A DNA stretch of 63,960 bases, the filler included, from Reticulomyxa filosa (taxonomy: Eukaryota > Protista > Foraminifera), in assembly GCA_000512085.1 (NCBI GenBank). It is 23 parts of 23 records of this genome, joined end to end, with 100 filler letters (N's around TTAATTAATTAA, not from the genome) between each part and the next. Parts side by side here need not be neighbours in the genome. Positions count along the whole stretch, not along the records: positions 35,482 to 39,079 come from ASPP01019915.1; positions 39,180 to 41,504 come from ASPP01014136.1; positions 41,605 to 50,355 come from ASPP01004995.1; 20 more parts are not named here. One strand, given 5' to 3'. Shown here in pieces: positions 35,521-48,004 of this stretch (within the stretch, counting starts at the first letter, position 1; every line of letters begins with the position of its first letter). The notes beneath the pieces were generated by a model. The model had not been told where the DNA came from. It made no database searches and saw nothing but the letters and a program-made list of their open reading frames with translations. The translations under genes and the position numbers were made by a program.

Positions 35521-37825
35521 ATGTTAAGACTAGGACTTCGAATGGTCTTCTGAAGCGAAGATATGTTCGCATGAGAGCGGAGCGCGACAAGTCGGCGTAC
35601 CGTATGTGAAGTTGTTGTCAAATTTGCAGGTAGTGAAGAAAGCTGTACGTCGGCCATTGTCATTGTCAGAGAAGATTCTGTACAGTCATTTGGACGACCC
35701 ATCAGTAGCCGGCGACATAGTGCGAGGCAAGAGTCATTTGAAGTTGCGACCAGACCGAGTAGCAATGCAAGACGCGACAGCACAAATGGCAGTATTGCAA
35801 TTTATGTCAAGCGGACTGCCGACGACAGCAGTGCCAACGACGATCCACTGCGACCACCTGATCCAAGCGTACAAAGGAGCGAAAGCGGACCTGGAAGCAG
35901 CATGGAAAGAGAATGCAGAAGTGTACGACTTTTTGGCGACAGCAGCAAGTAAATACGGCATGGGTTTCTGGAAGCCAGGGAGCGGTATCATCCACCAAAT
36001 AATATTGGAGAACTATGCATTTCCAGGAGGCCTGATGATCGGTACCGACAGTCACACGCCCAACGCAGGAGGATTGGGAATGTGTGCCATTGGCGTAGGA
36101 GGTGCCGATGCAGTGGACGCAATGGTGAATCTGCCGTGGGAATTGAAGGCGCCCAAAGTGATTGGCGTGGAATTGACAGGCAAGCTGAACGAGTGGTGTT
36201 CGGCAAAGGACGTGATCTTGAAAGTGGCGGATTTGCTGACAGTGAGTGGCGGCACGGGTGCGATTGTGGAGTACTTTGGCGAGGGCTTGCAGTCGATATC
36301 ATGCACTGGCATGGGCACCATTTGCAATATGGGCGCGGAAATTGGCGCGACCACGTCGTTGTTCCAGTATACGCCGACCATGCGACAGTATTTGAAAGCC
36401 ACCCGACGCGAGGACTTGGCCATTGAGGCTGACAAGTTTGCGAGCGAATTGCTGGTTCGAGATGCCGACTTTAAACCCGACATGTATGACCAACTGGTGA
36501 AAATCGATTTGAGCACGCTGAAGCCTGCGCTCAATGGACCATTCACGCCGGATCTTCGCAACGAGTGTGGCGATGCTATGAAGGCGGCTTTGCAGAAAAA
36601 TACCACGTGGCCTCGTCAGGTGTCTGCGTCGTTGATTGGAAGCTGCACCAATAGTAGCTACGAGGATCTCAGTCGAGTCGCGTCTCTGGCCGAACAAGCA
36701 CACAAGGCCGGACTCAAAGCCAAGATCCCCTTTTATGTCACTCCTGGATCCGAACAGGTGCGTGCCACCATCGAACGAGATGGCATTCAACAGGCTTTGG
36801 AGCGAATTGGCGCTGTTGTACTGCACAATGCTTGTGGCCCTTGCATTGGACAATGGAAACGAACCGATATTCCTCCTGGACAGCCCAACACTATTGTCAC
36901 TTCGTTCAATCGCAACTTTAGCAAACGCAATGATGGAAATCCCAAGACTCATGCTTTTGTCACCTCGCCCGAAATCGCCACGGTCATTGCCTTTTCTGGT
37001 GACTTGGCCTTTGATCCCCAGAAGGATAGCATTCCCACTCCCAAAGGACCCTTCAAGTTCCAACCCCCCAAAGGCGATTTCTTGCCTAGCAAGGGCTTTG
37101 ATGCTGGCAAAGACACGTATCAACCTCCTGCCAAACACGGGTCGTCTGTCGATGTCAAGATCGATCCAAAAAGCAACCGCTTGCAGAAACTTGAACCCTT
37201 CAAGTCTTGGAACGGCAAGGACATTGAAAACGCTATCGTGCTCGTCAAGTGTCGTGGCAAGACGACGACGGATCACATTTCAATGGCTGGACCATGGTTG
37301 AAATATCGCGGACACTTGGAAAACATTTCCAACAACTGCTTGATTGGTGCGACCAATGACGGCAATGGCAAAGAGAACTCTGTCTTGAACGTGCTAACCA
37401 ACAAAGAAGGGGAGATCCCGGCCACTGCTCGACAATACCGAGACCAGAACATTCCTTGGATTGTCATTGGTGATGTCAACTATGGAGAGGGTTCGTCTCG
37501 AGAACACGCGGCTTTGGAACCACGCTTTTTGGGAGGCGCGGCTGTCATTGTCAAATCCTTTGCTCGCATTCACGAAACCAACTTGAAAAAACAAGGTGTG
37601 TTGGCGTTGACCTTTGCTGATCCTAGCGATTATGCCAAAGTCCAAACTGCTGATCGCGTCAGTCTTATTGGTCTCAAGAGCTTTGCTCCTGGCAAACCTT
37701 TGACACTTGTTGTTCACAAGGGAAGCGAAAATATCAAAATTCCATTGAACCATTCCTACAACTCGGAGCAAATTCAATGGTTCGTTCAAGGCTCTGCTTT
37801 GAATGTCATGAAAAGCAAGCGCTAA
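35521..37825 (+). CDS. ACO2: Mitochondrial aconitate hydratase; intronless, 1-nt frameshift near 35544
   Basis: [65 protein letters not shown] and [11 protein letters not shown]. Removing one G restores a transit-peptide-like start [13 protein letters not shown]. Confidence 0.97.
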
Positions 37826-38460
37826 ACCTGAAAACACGAAATTGGTCCGCGGTTGCGATTGGGGAGGGTTTTACATCTTTCCAATTGACTTGACCTTTTT
37901 TTGTTTTAAGCCAAAAATCAATTTTTTGTGTCTTGGGTTATATTTTTCATCTTACATTAAAAACAGATTCAAACAATACAAATTATTTGCAAAATCGGCG
38001 AATTTTCTTCGATTTTAGAATATTCTTTGAAATAAATACTTGTGCAAAAAAAAAAAAAATTGAACATTTTCTGTTAGTTTCTGGGTCTTTGTGTATTTAA
38101 ATACAAAGGAGCTGAAAAGAAAAAAAAATCATTTCTGATTTAGTTAAAATTATATTGAAGAAACTCATCATAATTTTACTAAATTGTTTAAATAGTTTAT
38201 TAGAATAATATAGCCTGATGAATGAATAAAAAATTGTGTTAGTAGATTGTTGCAATAGGAGATTTTTTTATTATTCAAGAAAATTACTTATAGTGAGGAC
38301 TTTCAAAAACCTCTAGAATCAAGACAATATTATCATTATCAAATCAAAGTATGCTTAAAGGAACGCTCCAAGTACTTTTAATATTTTTACAAAGGAAGCT
38401 CCTTATAAAATAACAATAAGGCGTCAAGGTGGTACATTCACCACGTTGTAAATATTGAAA

Positions 38461-39079
38461 ATGAAGATTTTTTCTGTTGTGCCGTCTATTCTTTGGATCA
38501 TTTTGTACTGTATGTTATGATTTATCCGTTTTTTTGTTGTTAGTTTTCCTTTCTCAAAATGACAATAATCACAACAAAATAACAATATACGCCCCCTTGG
38601 TAACAAGTTGTGGTTCAATCGAGTGTAACAAGGACAGTGGCAACGAGTGGGACGGGGACAATAACACGAAGACTTGCAGTAAAACATATGAATGTTTTGG
38701 AAGCACAATGACATGCAATTCGACAGCAAATGACTGCAACCTAACATGCAGCGGGGCATATTCATGTTCAGAAGCACTAGTGAATTGTCCATCGAACCCA
38801 ACCAACCCAAACGCGACATGCAGTCTATACTGTACAGGATACTACGGATGTAAAGGCATGGCAATTGTGAGCAATCGTATTTTAAGAGTAGAATGCGCGA
38901 ATGCCAGCGCATGTGAAGATGTAACAGTGGACTGTAAGAAGCGTCGACTTGTCGAAAACGCGACAGTGAAGCAATGTGTGACGAAGCCAACCGAAAACGA
39001 GACACGAATCAAAAGTGCACCTCGTTTGTCCCATGTGTCCCCAAAAAGTAAGAAAATTCAAGCCAAGCTTTTTTTTTTT
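38461..39079 (+). CDS. Secreted cysteine-rich repeat protein, partial
   Basis: Signal-like MKIFSVVPSILWIILY then a GTATGT donor; repeats TCSKTYEC, TCSGAYSC, YCTGYYGC and ECANASAC; exact splicing and frame uncertain. Confidence 0.6.
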
Positions 39080-39179
39080 NNNNNNNNNNNNNNNNNNNNN
39101 NNNNNNNNNNNNNNNNNNNNNNNTTAATTAATTAANNNNNNNNNNNNNNNNNNNNNNNNNNNNNNNNNNNNNNNNNNNN

Positions 39180-39688
39180 TGTCGAAAATGACCAATGCAA
39201 ATGACGAACATTGTGCGATAAAATCGCGAAACGAGAAGAAAAACAACCGCGAGCCGCGAGGCAGTTTGAGCTGTAGTCTGGACGAGTATGATTGGAACTA
39301 TCGTCCTACGTCGATTGCGAGTGAAATGATTCCGCGTAGATATAATGCAGATTTGTACGATTCCACAGGACACATCCATGATGCAACTGGTACTACTGGC
39401 CACTCACGCTCCGCGTCGTGCTTCACTTTGATACCCACTGCATCCCCTCCTATTGCTAGTTCGTCCAAGGGCAATGAATTCATTCCCTCCCTTCATTATT
39501 CCGTCGACAACAACGGTCCATCGACACAATGTACCCAACCAGATCTAAGCCAAAGTATTACACGGTCCCTTTCTTTCGTTGCCAATAACAACGATAATAC
39601 TAATAATAATAACAATAACAATGATAACGACAACAAAGCAATAACTATTTTCAATGCAATAATGAACAAACAACATCTTCAGAGGTAA
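39180..39688 (+). CDS. Hypothetical low-complexity protein fragment
   Basis: 166-aa S/T/N-rich ORF in GC-richer sequence. Confidence 0.5.
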
Positions 39689-40739
39689 CACGCCTCAATA
39701 AGGGTGTTGTAGTCTGTGGCTCCACAATCCTTGGATTGCGAATAGAAAAAATTTGTTTTTGAATGATAAATAATACTCCTGCAATTATTCTCGAGCCCAA
39801 GGCATATGCCACTGGGGTTAGTTTTTTCTTTGCTTGTCATGCAGAACAAGATATTTCAGACACGTGTCTTTTTTGTTTGTTTGCAAATGTCTCTTTGCGC
39901 CCTTGTGTTTGTGTGTTCCTTTCCTTGTTCTTTTTTTTTTTGTGAGTCTTCTCTCTTTGAACGTTCTCAGTTTTTTTAGGAACACTCGTTGTTTTATTTT
40001 ATTTTTTTTTATGTTCGCATGAGCGTTCGTTTGGTGGCACTAGTGTTCAACCGCATTTTTGTCCGTCAAAAGTTTTTGATGAATGCCGTCGTTGTGCCAC
40101 AAACTGGACAAACTTTTTAATTTTCTTTCGTTTTTTTCTTTTTTTTGAACAAATTTGAACACTACAACAACAATGGCTTTTTGAGGAACACTGCATGATG
40201 ACTTGCATGTGTACATAAACATCAGTTGTTATGTTTTTCTTTTGTTGATCCCGTCACAATATTTGCATACTTTTTAAATTGAAATTTAATACGTTTAAAT
40301 TTTCGTTCAAACTAAACTTGGCAAATTAAGTGATTAGTTATATTAAAATCAATTGCTGGTTGGTCTCTGTAGAAGCAAAACAACTGTTTTTTTTAGCGCA
40401 ATTCAAACATAACAACACTTGCAAATATTCCCAAAGATATCTGAAAAAGATTTGAAAATGGACAACTATAGCAAAAACGAAAGAAATACAATACTGAAAC
40501 AATTACTGACAATAGTATTTTTATTTGGAACTCAATGCAAAATAGATTAAATCCAAACTAATAATGTTGTATATATAATTACTAAGTGCAATTGGAGAAC
40601 ATTATCAAAATTTGCTAATACATTCTGTCTACTTTTCAATAACAAAAAACAATAAGCTTTTAATTGATTTGACCAAGATTACAATACTCCAACTGAAGGA
40701 ATTGCGAAAGATATAAATGCTTTAATATAAGACAAACAT

Positions 40740-40870
40740 ATACCATGTTATAGTATGTGGGACGTCTGCTGCTGATAAGAGACCGCGCTAAATGTAATAC
40801 AAAAAGGTTTTTCGGCAAAACAAAAGTAAATTAAATAAATAAAAAATTAATGACACAATAAAAGAAAGAA
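40740..40870 (+). repeat. Decayed copy homologous to about 47785-47925 (opposite strand)
   Basis: TGCTGCTGATAAGAGACCGCGCTAAATGTAATAC..CAAAAGTAAATTAAATAAATAAA versus TGCTGCTGAAGGAGACTACGCTAAATGTAATAC..CAAAAGTAATTTAAATAAATAAA. Confidence 0.65.
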
Positions 40871-41454
40871 AACAAACAAAGAGTGAAGAAAAATTAGTTG
40901 AGAATTTTAACGAACTGGAAAGTGAATGACATAATACTAAATCATTATATCGTTCGTCAAAAGCTCATTAGTCATTCAAACACATTATAATTCAATTGAA
41001 TAAGTAAGTCAACAAAAAGAAAATAGAAAAGTAATAACTGATTTTCTGCTAGCAATAGTAATCAATACAATCAAAATTGAAGATAATCAAGGAAATTATC
41101 AACTATTTCAAATATATTGAAAGTATTGAACTAAATAATTTCAAAAACACTACAGTCAAAACAATAAATATTAAATCACGATAAATAAATTTTTTCTTTG
41201 TTGTAAATCTTGTGTCAATTAATATGTTTTGTGCGCGCTATGTCCTTTTGGATAATATGTGCAAACTTAACTTGAAAAAAAAAGTTGTGCACATCACAAA
41301 CAAAAAATTATTTTGTAATCAATCAAATTAGCATTTTTTTAGCTAATCGTATAGAAAGAATAATGTACGTACATACATATATGGAATTAATCTTTTGAAA
41401 AAAACAAAACAATTAAATAAAAGTATTGTGCAGTATTCCATTCTACACAGCATA

Positions 41455-41504
41455 TACAGTAGGTTGCAAAGAAAACTGAACGCCTAAAACGGTATCATAT
41501 GATG
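41455..41504 (+). mobile_element. Tc1/mariner-like transposon end, copy 2
   Basis: TA|CAGTAGGTTGCAAAGAAAACTGAACGCCTAAAAC matches 14903-14938; contig ends within it. Confidence 0.65.
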
Positions 41505-41633
41505 NNNNNNNNNNNNNNNNNNNNNNNNNNNNNNNNNNNNNNNNNNNNTTAATTAATTAANNNNNNNNNNNNNNNNNNNNNNNNNNNNNNNNNNNNNNNN
41601 NNNNCATACAAATTAATGTAAATATATGTATAC

Positions 41634-41665
<32 letters not shown>

Positions 41666-41698
41666 GTATATGTAATGTGTAATAAAACGATACAAAAC

Positions 41699-42898
41699 CT
41701 GTGAACTGGATCAAACATGCAGACATGTTGTCTTTACTTCCTCCGTCCCAAATGTTGTCAAATAGAAAACTCAGGGCATAAACCGGGTCATCAACTCTGT
41801 CCACCAACTCTTTCAAGTTTTGCACTAGCATCTCATTGGAACACGCTTCGACAAGCCCATCGCAAAATAAAAAGATCCAATCATCGGGACTGGCTTTAAA
41901 GGTCGGACAGAAGTCGCACAACGAAATGACTTTTTGTTGATCAAAAGGGATATTGGCGTTGTCCTTCAACGGCCCGTTGCCAAAGGCCCTGGACACAGCC
42001 AAGCGATGGTCAATCCTGCCCGTCATTAAGTTTACTACTCCATTTGCCTTTTCAATGCGCTCCTTCTCTTTGGGCAGCGTAGGCACATGGTCTTCCGTCA
42101 GCTCTTTAAAATTGTTCTCACGTATCCACACACAGCGGCTATCCCCTGCCCAATACACTGTCACTTCGTAATCGGTGTCGTTGTTTGTATTCGTATTTAT
42201 ATTCGCATTCGCATCTGTGTCTATACTGATTGCTATATCTTCTTTTTTATTATTATTATTATTATTATTATTGTCCTTCTTCTTCTCTTCTTCTTCTTCT
42301 TCTTCTTCCACTTGTTCCTCTCGTTTCACTTTTGTCTTGGCATTATCTTTGCAATTGTCTTTGTCAGCATTCGTCTCGTTGCTTTGCGTTGAGTTTGTTC
42401 CTGACTGCGTTTTTGAGACACTGCCACTGGTCCTCCCGGCGTTTTTATCAGTGCGAACACCAGTGTTGACCCATGGTCGCTATATTCGCCCTTGCAAAAT
42501 TCTTTATCCATTTCCATTATGCATTTTTGGATATATTCGCTATTTGTTAAATTTTCGAGCTCATTGATCTTTGTTGCAATATGCTTTGACAAATAATTTG
42601 CTGCTTGTTTACCTTTTTAAAAAAAAAAAAAAAAAAAAAATGTTTCAGAAACAGATCCAGAACAGCGAAAAAATTCTTTTTTTTTTTTTGGAAAAATTAA
42701 AAATATAAAGAAACCATTGTGCCCATCAAAAATGCCAAATAAATGATAATTTGGATGGTTTGATAATGACATGCTTACAATATGGCTATCTTCCATATGG
42801 GCACGAAATCCTTGTGAGGAACACACTGATACTTTCAGATATTCGTTTCCGGCTCTTTCGAAGAACTTGCTTCGAACCGGTGATGGCAAATTCCCCAT
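41699..42898 (-). CDS. Protein phosphatase 2C (PPM), N-myristoylation-type start; one intron, one frameshift, 3'-truncated
   Basis: MGN.., SSQGFRAHMED, FGIFDGHNG, HGSTLV, WAGDSRCV, LTEDHVP..EKERIE, LAVSRAFG, LFCDGL and SKDNMS. Confidence 0.93.
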
Positions 42899-43961
42899 TT
42901 GTTGGGATAAAATCTTATCTTTTTATATGTTGTTCTAACCTGAGTTAAGAAAACAATTGTTATTACTTTCTCCCCCTTTTAACGCTATTTTTCTGGATAC
43001 TGAAAAAATTAAAGTAAAAAAAGCCTTCTCCCCCCCTTATTCCTTCTCTATGTGTAAACTTATCTATTCTCATGATTATCACTTTGGTACATCCAAAACA
43101 AAAAAACTTAGATTTTTTGGAAGATAAAACAATTGGCACGATAAATTCAACAGAAAACAAACTTGACATTTTACAAAAAAACTGGTCTCCAAGCCATCAA
43201 ACATTATACAGGGCAGCTTTGAATGTATCTTGATTGTATTACAACATATACACGCAGTTTTAATTTTCTCGCAAATAATTTTTTCAATGGTTGATTTTTC
43301 CAATTTTTTCTGGTTTTTTACAATTAAAAAAATTAATTTACATTTTAACTATCTAAATGTATTTCTTAATTTTTCAATTTTGATAATATAACTAAAATTT
43401 ACTTTTTGCTTTGAATTATTTAATATGGTGTCGGTAATTATGAAAAATTGATTAATTATATCAGTTAATAAAAATTATGCTATACAAATATTTATTCTTT
43501 TCAATTAAATTGTATGTTCTCACTTTTTACAATGTGTTATCCTTAACCCTATTTTTAAAAAAATTCATTGCAAAAATGTAAGGCCAGGATTAAAAATAGC
43601 AAGAAGTAAAAATAGATGTCAAGAAAGTTAACCATATTAACAAAATGCGATCAGATGACACCACATTTTGTAAACATCCAATGCAATTAAAGTCAGTCCA
43701 CAAAATAACCAATTTTATCAAACTCACAATAAAGTGCAAAGACTTTAAGTGGTTAATAAAATGGCAATTAATTGCAAAAAAAAAGGGGACATTTTTTTGT
43801 ATTTTAACAAAAGAAATGTTCCCTTTCAGTTTTGTTTTCCTTTCCTTACCTCAAAAAATAAAATAAGAAAAAATGTTTTTCTGTGGCATGACCTTTGCAT
43901 TGTTTGTTTTTTTTTCTTTTTATAAACTGTTTCAAACAAGTTCCTAAACAAAGTTGCACCT

Positions 43962-45151
43962 TTATTCTTCTTGTCGCTGTTCATCTTGAGAGCCTATCCC
44001 CAAAATAGTTAATTTGCTTTTGAACACAGAGTCTTTCAATAGCGGGTGAATCAATAATGAGCAATAGCGAATGAAATGAGGTAAATTTACATCATTTCCA
44101 TTTATTTCTTGCAAATATTTTTTCGCTTGTTCTTGCTATTTTCCATTACACAAATGCATTGCAAAAGTTTGTCGCATTATTCTTTCTTTTTTTTAAACTT
44201 TTGTCTCTCCCCTCTTTTTCTTCTCTAGTTTTCTTTACTCATAAAAACTTTTACACACTTTAAGTGCACTTACGTATAACGTTTCAATTCAAAAAAGAAA
44301 AAATTGGAAAAAAATGAATATATATATAAATACATATAAACATAAAAAAATAAATATGTGTATATGTATAGGTAATGCATATATAATAATTCCAACAATA
44401 AAATATCAAACTTGTTCCGGTGTGGCCAAAAAGATCTGTCCCAAAGTCAACTCGTCGACAGTTTTCTTGCCGAGTTTTCCACTATGGCTGGGATCTTTGC
44501 CTTCGAATATTTCAATCACTTTGCGTTGATGAAAGCTGCTTACATATGTCGCGTGCTCTCCTCGTACCAAATGAAACACTATTGTCGGCACTGGCTGTCC
44601 CCAGGCAACATTGCCACCATATCGACGGAAGTTGGGGCTCAAGTTGACATCCGTTGCGATTTTTGTTACCTTCGCGATTTTTTGGCGTTTCAGTAACTCC
44701 ACCAACACGCAAGTCATTGAAATTGCTTTTTTTTTTTTTTTTTGGAACGTTTAGTTGTTTGCAGTTTTTTTTTTTTAAGTATAATTTTAAAAAAATGTGT
44801 GGGTACATTTTTTGCAAATAACTCAAAAAAAAAATAAATAAATGCAAATTTTTTTCTCAGACGCAGGTTCGCACTCATTTTTTAAAAATATTGTGGTGGA
44901 AACTTACCTTTATCAACGCCGGTGAGTACCAAAGTCTCTTCGCAACGGAGTATTCTGCGGGCTCTGTTGACATAGTGAGACAAACGGCGAGGTCTTCCTG
45001 AGGTTGCGTTTGACACAACCAATCGGTTTTGCAATGGTGGTAGATAGATATTGTCCTCCTGGTGTTTATCGCTTGTCTTTGACTCCTCCGTTTGCACTCT
45101 CTCGGCATTGCCATTTCCGCTCTCTTGTTTCGTCTCTTGCTCCGCTGACAT
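43962..45151 (-). CDS. Alba nucleic-acid-binding domain fused to a degenerate EF-hand-like lobe (three exons)
   Basis: Exons 45151-44908, 44725-44412 and 44135-43962 splice in frame. YVNRARRIL..LVLTGVDKAISMTCVLVELLKRQ..VTKIAT..VPTIVFHLVR is Alba-like, followed by IFEGKDPSHSGKLGKKTVDEL and DVNLPHFIRY. Confidence 0.8.
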
Positions 45152-47185
45152 GTCTCTTTGACATACACATGGTCATCCATACATTTTGTTGTGTTGTTGT
45201 TATCATTAAACCTTTGACTACTTTTTCATTACTTTGACTAAAAAAAAAAAGGAGTTGACTTTCGTTTCTCTTTTACCACAGTTTTTAATGACGATCCAAA
45301 AGCAAAAAGAATTGTAAATGTTATCATTTAACTTAAACTTGTTAATAGTAGATTGGTCAAAATGCAACTGAGGTAAAATTCAATTGAAAAGATGACCAGG
45401 AATGAAGATTTTGAAAATTTTGGATATAAAGCTGAAGCCCCTTCTTTGCAAATGAAACGCTTGTAAAAACACGAGATAGAACACAAAATAAAAAAGCAAA
45501 TACAATCACAACAAGTTGCTAAGTATACGATCGAATGTTTTCGATGTCAACAATAAAATATGATTTCAATAATTGTGTTAAATGACTCTTTTCTTCCAAT
45601 GATGTTTTTAGAATTACATTACTAATTATTGTGCCTTTTTACATTCTATTTGGATTGACTAAAAGAAGAAACAACGTGTTGTTAATATAGTCCGCATAAC
45701 GCAGAGTCATCACACGAAGTTGGAATTATGTAATCTTAAAGTTTGTAGAAATAAGGCACAAACAGATATATTTTTCAATCACATACATACAAATATTTTT
45801 TCACGCTACATATCTACAGTATTGACACAAAAATGGCATCTTATGAAAATAATCGATTTTATATTTCAAAAATCACTTATTTTTTTTTAAAAAATATCTT
45901 TTTTTTACAACATTTTATTGTACTTGATAATTTTTTTAAAATTTTTTATTTTTTTCTTGATTTTATTTTGTGTTTATTATTTTTTTTGTCAGTTTACTTG
46001 TATAAAATTTTATGTATTTTTTATATGTGCAAGTTTGTCTTTTTTTAAAAATATTTTTTTGCATTATTAATTGTGATTAGAAGAATATTTGAAGTGCAAT
46101 AAACTTATCAATTTTTTGTGTATCAGTTCGTGTTAGACCTTAAAGCTTTAATAGACATAGAAAAGAGTAACACTAAATTTTATAATTGACAAAAATTGTA
46201 GAAGAAAATGAAATACATTTTGAAACAGTTGAAAATTTGTAGATGTTTTAAAAAAATATTGATTTTGATATAAAATCGACTATCTTCATAAGATGCCATT
46301 TTTGTTACTTTTCCCTACATGCAGTTCGATAAGTGCCTCGTTTGTTTTGTTAAAATTTTTATTAAAAAATTTAGTTTGTGGGAAAATTGCAAGTAATGGC
46401 ATTGCCAGAGTCGATAGAATCTGCATAATGTACTGAGTATAAGGTAGTGAAACATGTCCAAGCAAATAGCACACGTGGTGGTGAAGATGTGCGTTTGGAC
46501 CAAATGCAGACAAAAATATTTTTGAGTCAAGATCGGAGTGGTGTAGATACGACAGCCGATATCACCCACATAGCAATGCAATTGATGGGTCATAATAAAA
46601 GCACTTCAACTGCATAACTCCACAGAAACAGCACAGATATATCGACCCAAACAAAATGCCATTATTCATAAGCCACAGTCTTTGCTCGCCGTTTTCGTCA
46701 TCACCAGAGATATTACGAATCTACTTTCGTTCGTGCTTTTTGGTACAACAAGTGGAAAAATTTTGTTTTGGTTCATTACTATTGCTTTTTTCTCTTCTGA
46801 TACACGACTTTCTTTTTTTGCAAAAAAAAAATTAATATTGGGAGCATACACATCACTAATTGTTGCAAGCTTACACAGTCCCAAATGTTGCTGAGTTTTT
46901 TTAAAAAAACAAAAAGCTCTTTATTTTTTCTATGCGATTTCTTTTCAGTGGATCTTTATACCTTCACTTATGAAAAAATATAGATGATTGCGAATAGAGA
47001 GTTGTAATAAAATTTCTTAAGTCTCCAATTTTTTTTTCTCCACCACCGAGCACAACAAAACCAAAAAAACAAATGGATTTTAAAAAAAAATATCGAATTG
47101 TACAACTTCTTGCCGGAGGAAGCATATTTTATATCAGGAATCCAGCAGGTTCGAAATGCAACGTCGACTAAGAGGATGAAAAGGA

Positions 47186-48004
47186 TTAATCGCTTTTGAA
47201 CGAAACCAAACCTTGGCGAACAGCAGGACTCTTGTCGACGGAGCCATCCTGAGTAAATTTGAGTGCTTCCGTTTTAACAAGACTCGATCTTTGGTCGACA
47301 TTTGTTGGAATGCTTGTTGCAATACTTGCAATGTTTGGTGGTCGTCCTGGACTTCCAGTTGGAATGGTCATACTGCCGATTGCATTCATCACAAATTGTA
47401 AATCAGAAGCTAGCTCTTCTTGGGATGACAACACCGAATAGGCTCTAGCGGCTCTTTTTGCTGCGTCTTCAGATAAGGGCTGCCATTATAATAAGCATTT
47501 AAAATTTCCTTGTCGAATTTTCGATCGGTAGCATTTCCCTCTCGCGATTTAATTCTCACGTTTGCATCTGATTGAAGCACTTGTGCTGTTTGCCGGTGTG
47601 TATTGGTGTCTGTAATCTTTGGACCAGGCTTCGAATTAAGCATTCCTTGGGTCGGTTCAAACGAAGCAATATGTGCTCTCCTTCAGGAGAAGCTCCAATA
47701 AAGTAAAAGGGGCTGATGAGCCCCCGGTGGGTTAAACTTTCCCAACTCTTCACAACAACCTTTCTTGTGTTTTTTCCCTTTACTCTTTCGTTATTGTTTT
47801 TGCCATTTCTTCTTTATTTATTTAAATTACTTTGAGTTATTGAAAATCTGCTCGAAAGAGTTTATCACTTTTCGTATTACATTTAGCGTAGTCTCCTTCA
47901 GCAGCAACAGCTCTTACACTACGATATGCTTTCTTTTTTTGACGTTCAAGTTTTTTTATTTCTTTTCTATTGAGATCTACAAACGATTTTTCTTCCTTAG
48001 ACAT
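47186..48004 (-). pseudogene. Frame-disrupted hypothetical gene
   Basis: Four overlapping short minus-strand ORFs in different frames across a GC-richer island; a decayed paralog lies at 40740. Confidence 0.5.

Noticed and set aside
36299-37276. 325-aa antisense ORF and other overlapping ORFs within aconitase
   Set aside because: These are shadow ORFs produced by codon bias of the sense gene.
46286-46894. Cys/His-rich short ORFs (CAICLD) suggesting a RING finger
   Set aside because: The remaining RING ligands are not correctly spaced and the frames are broken.
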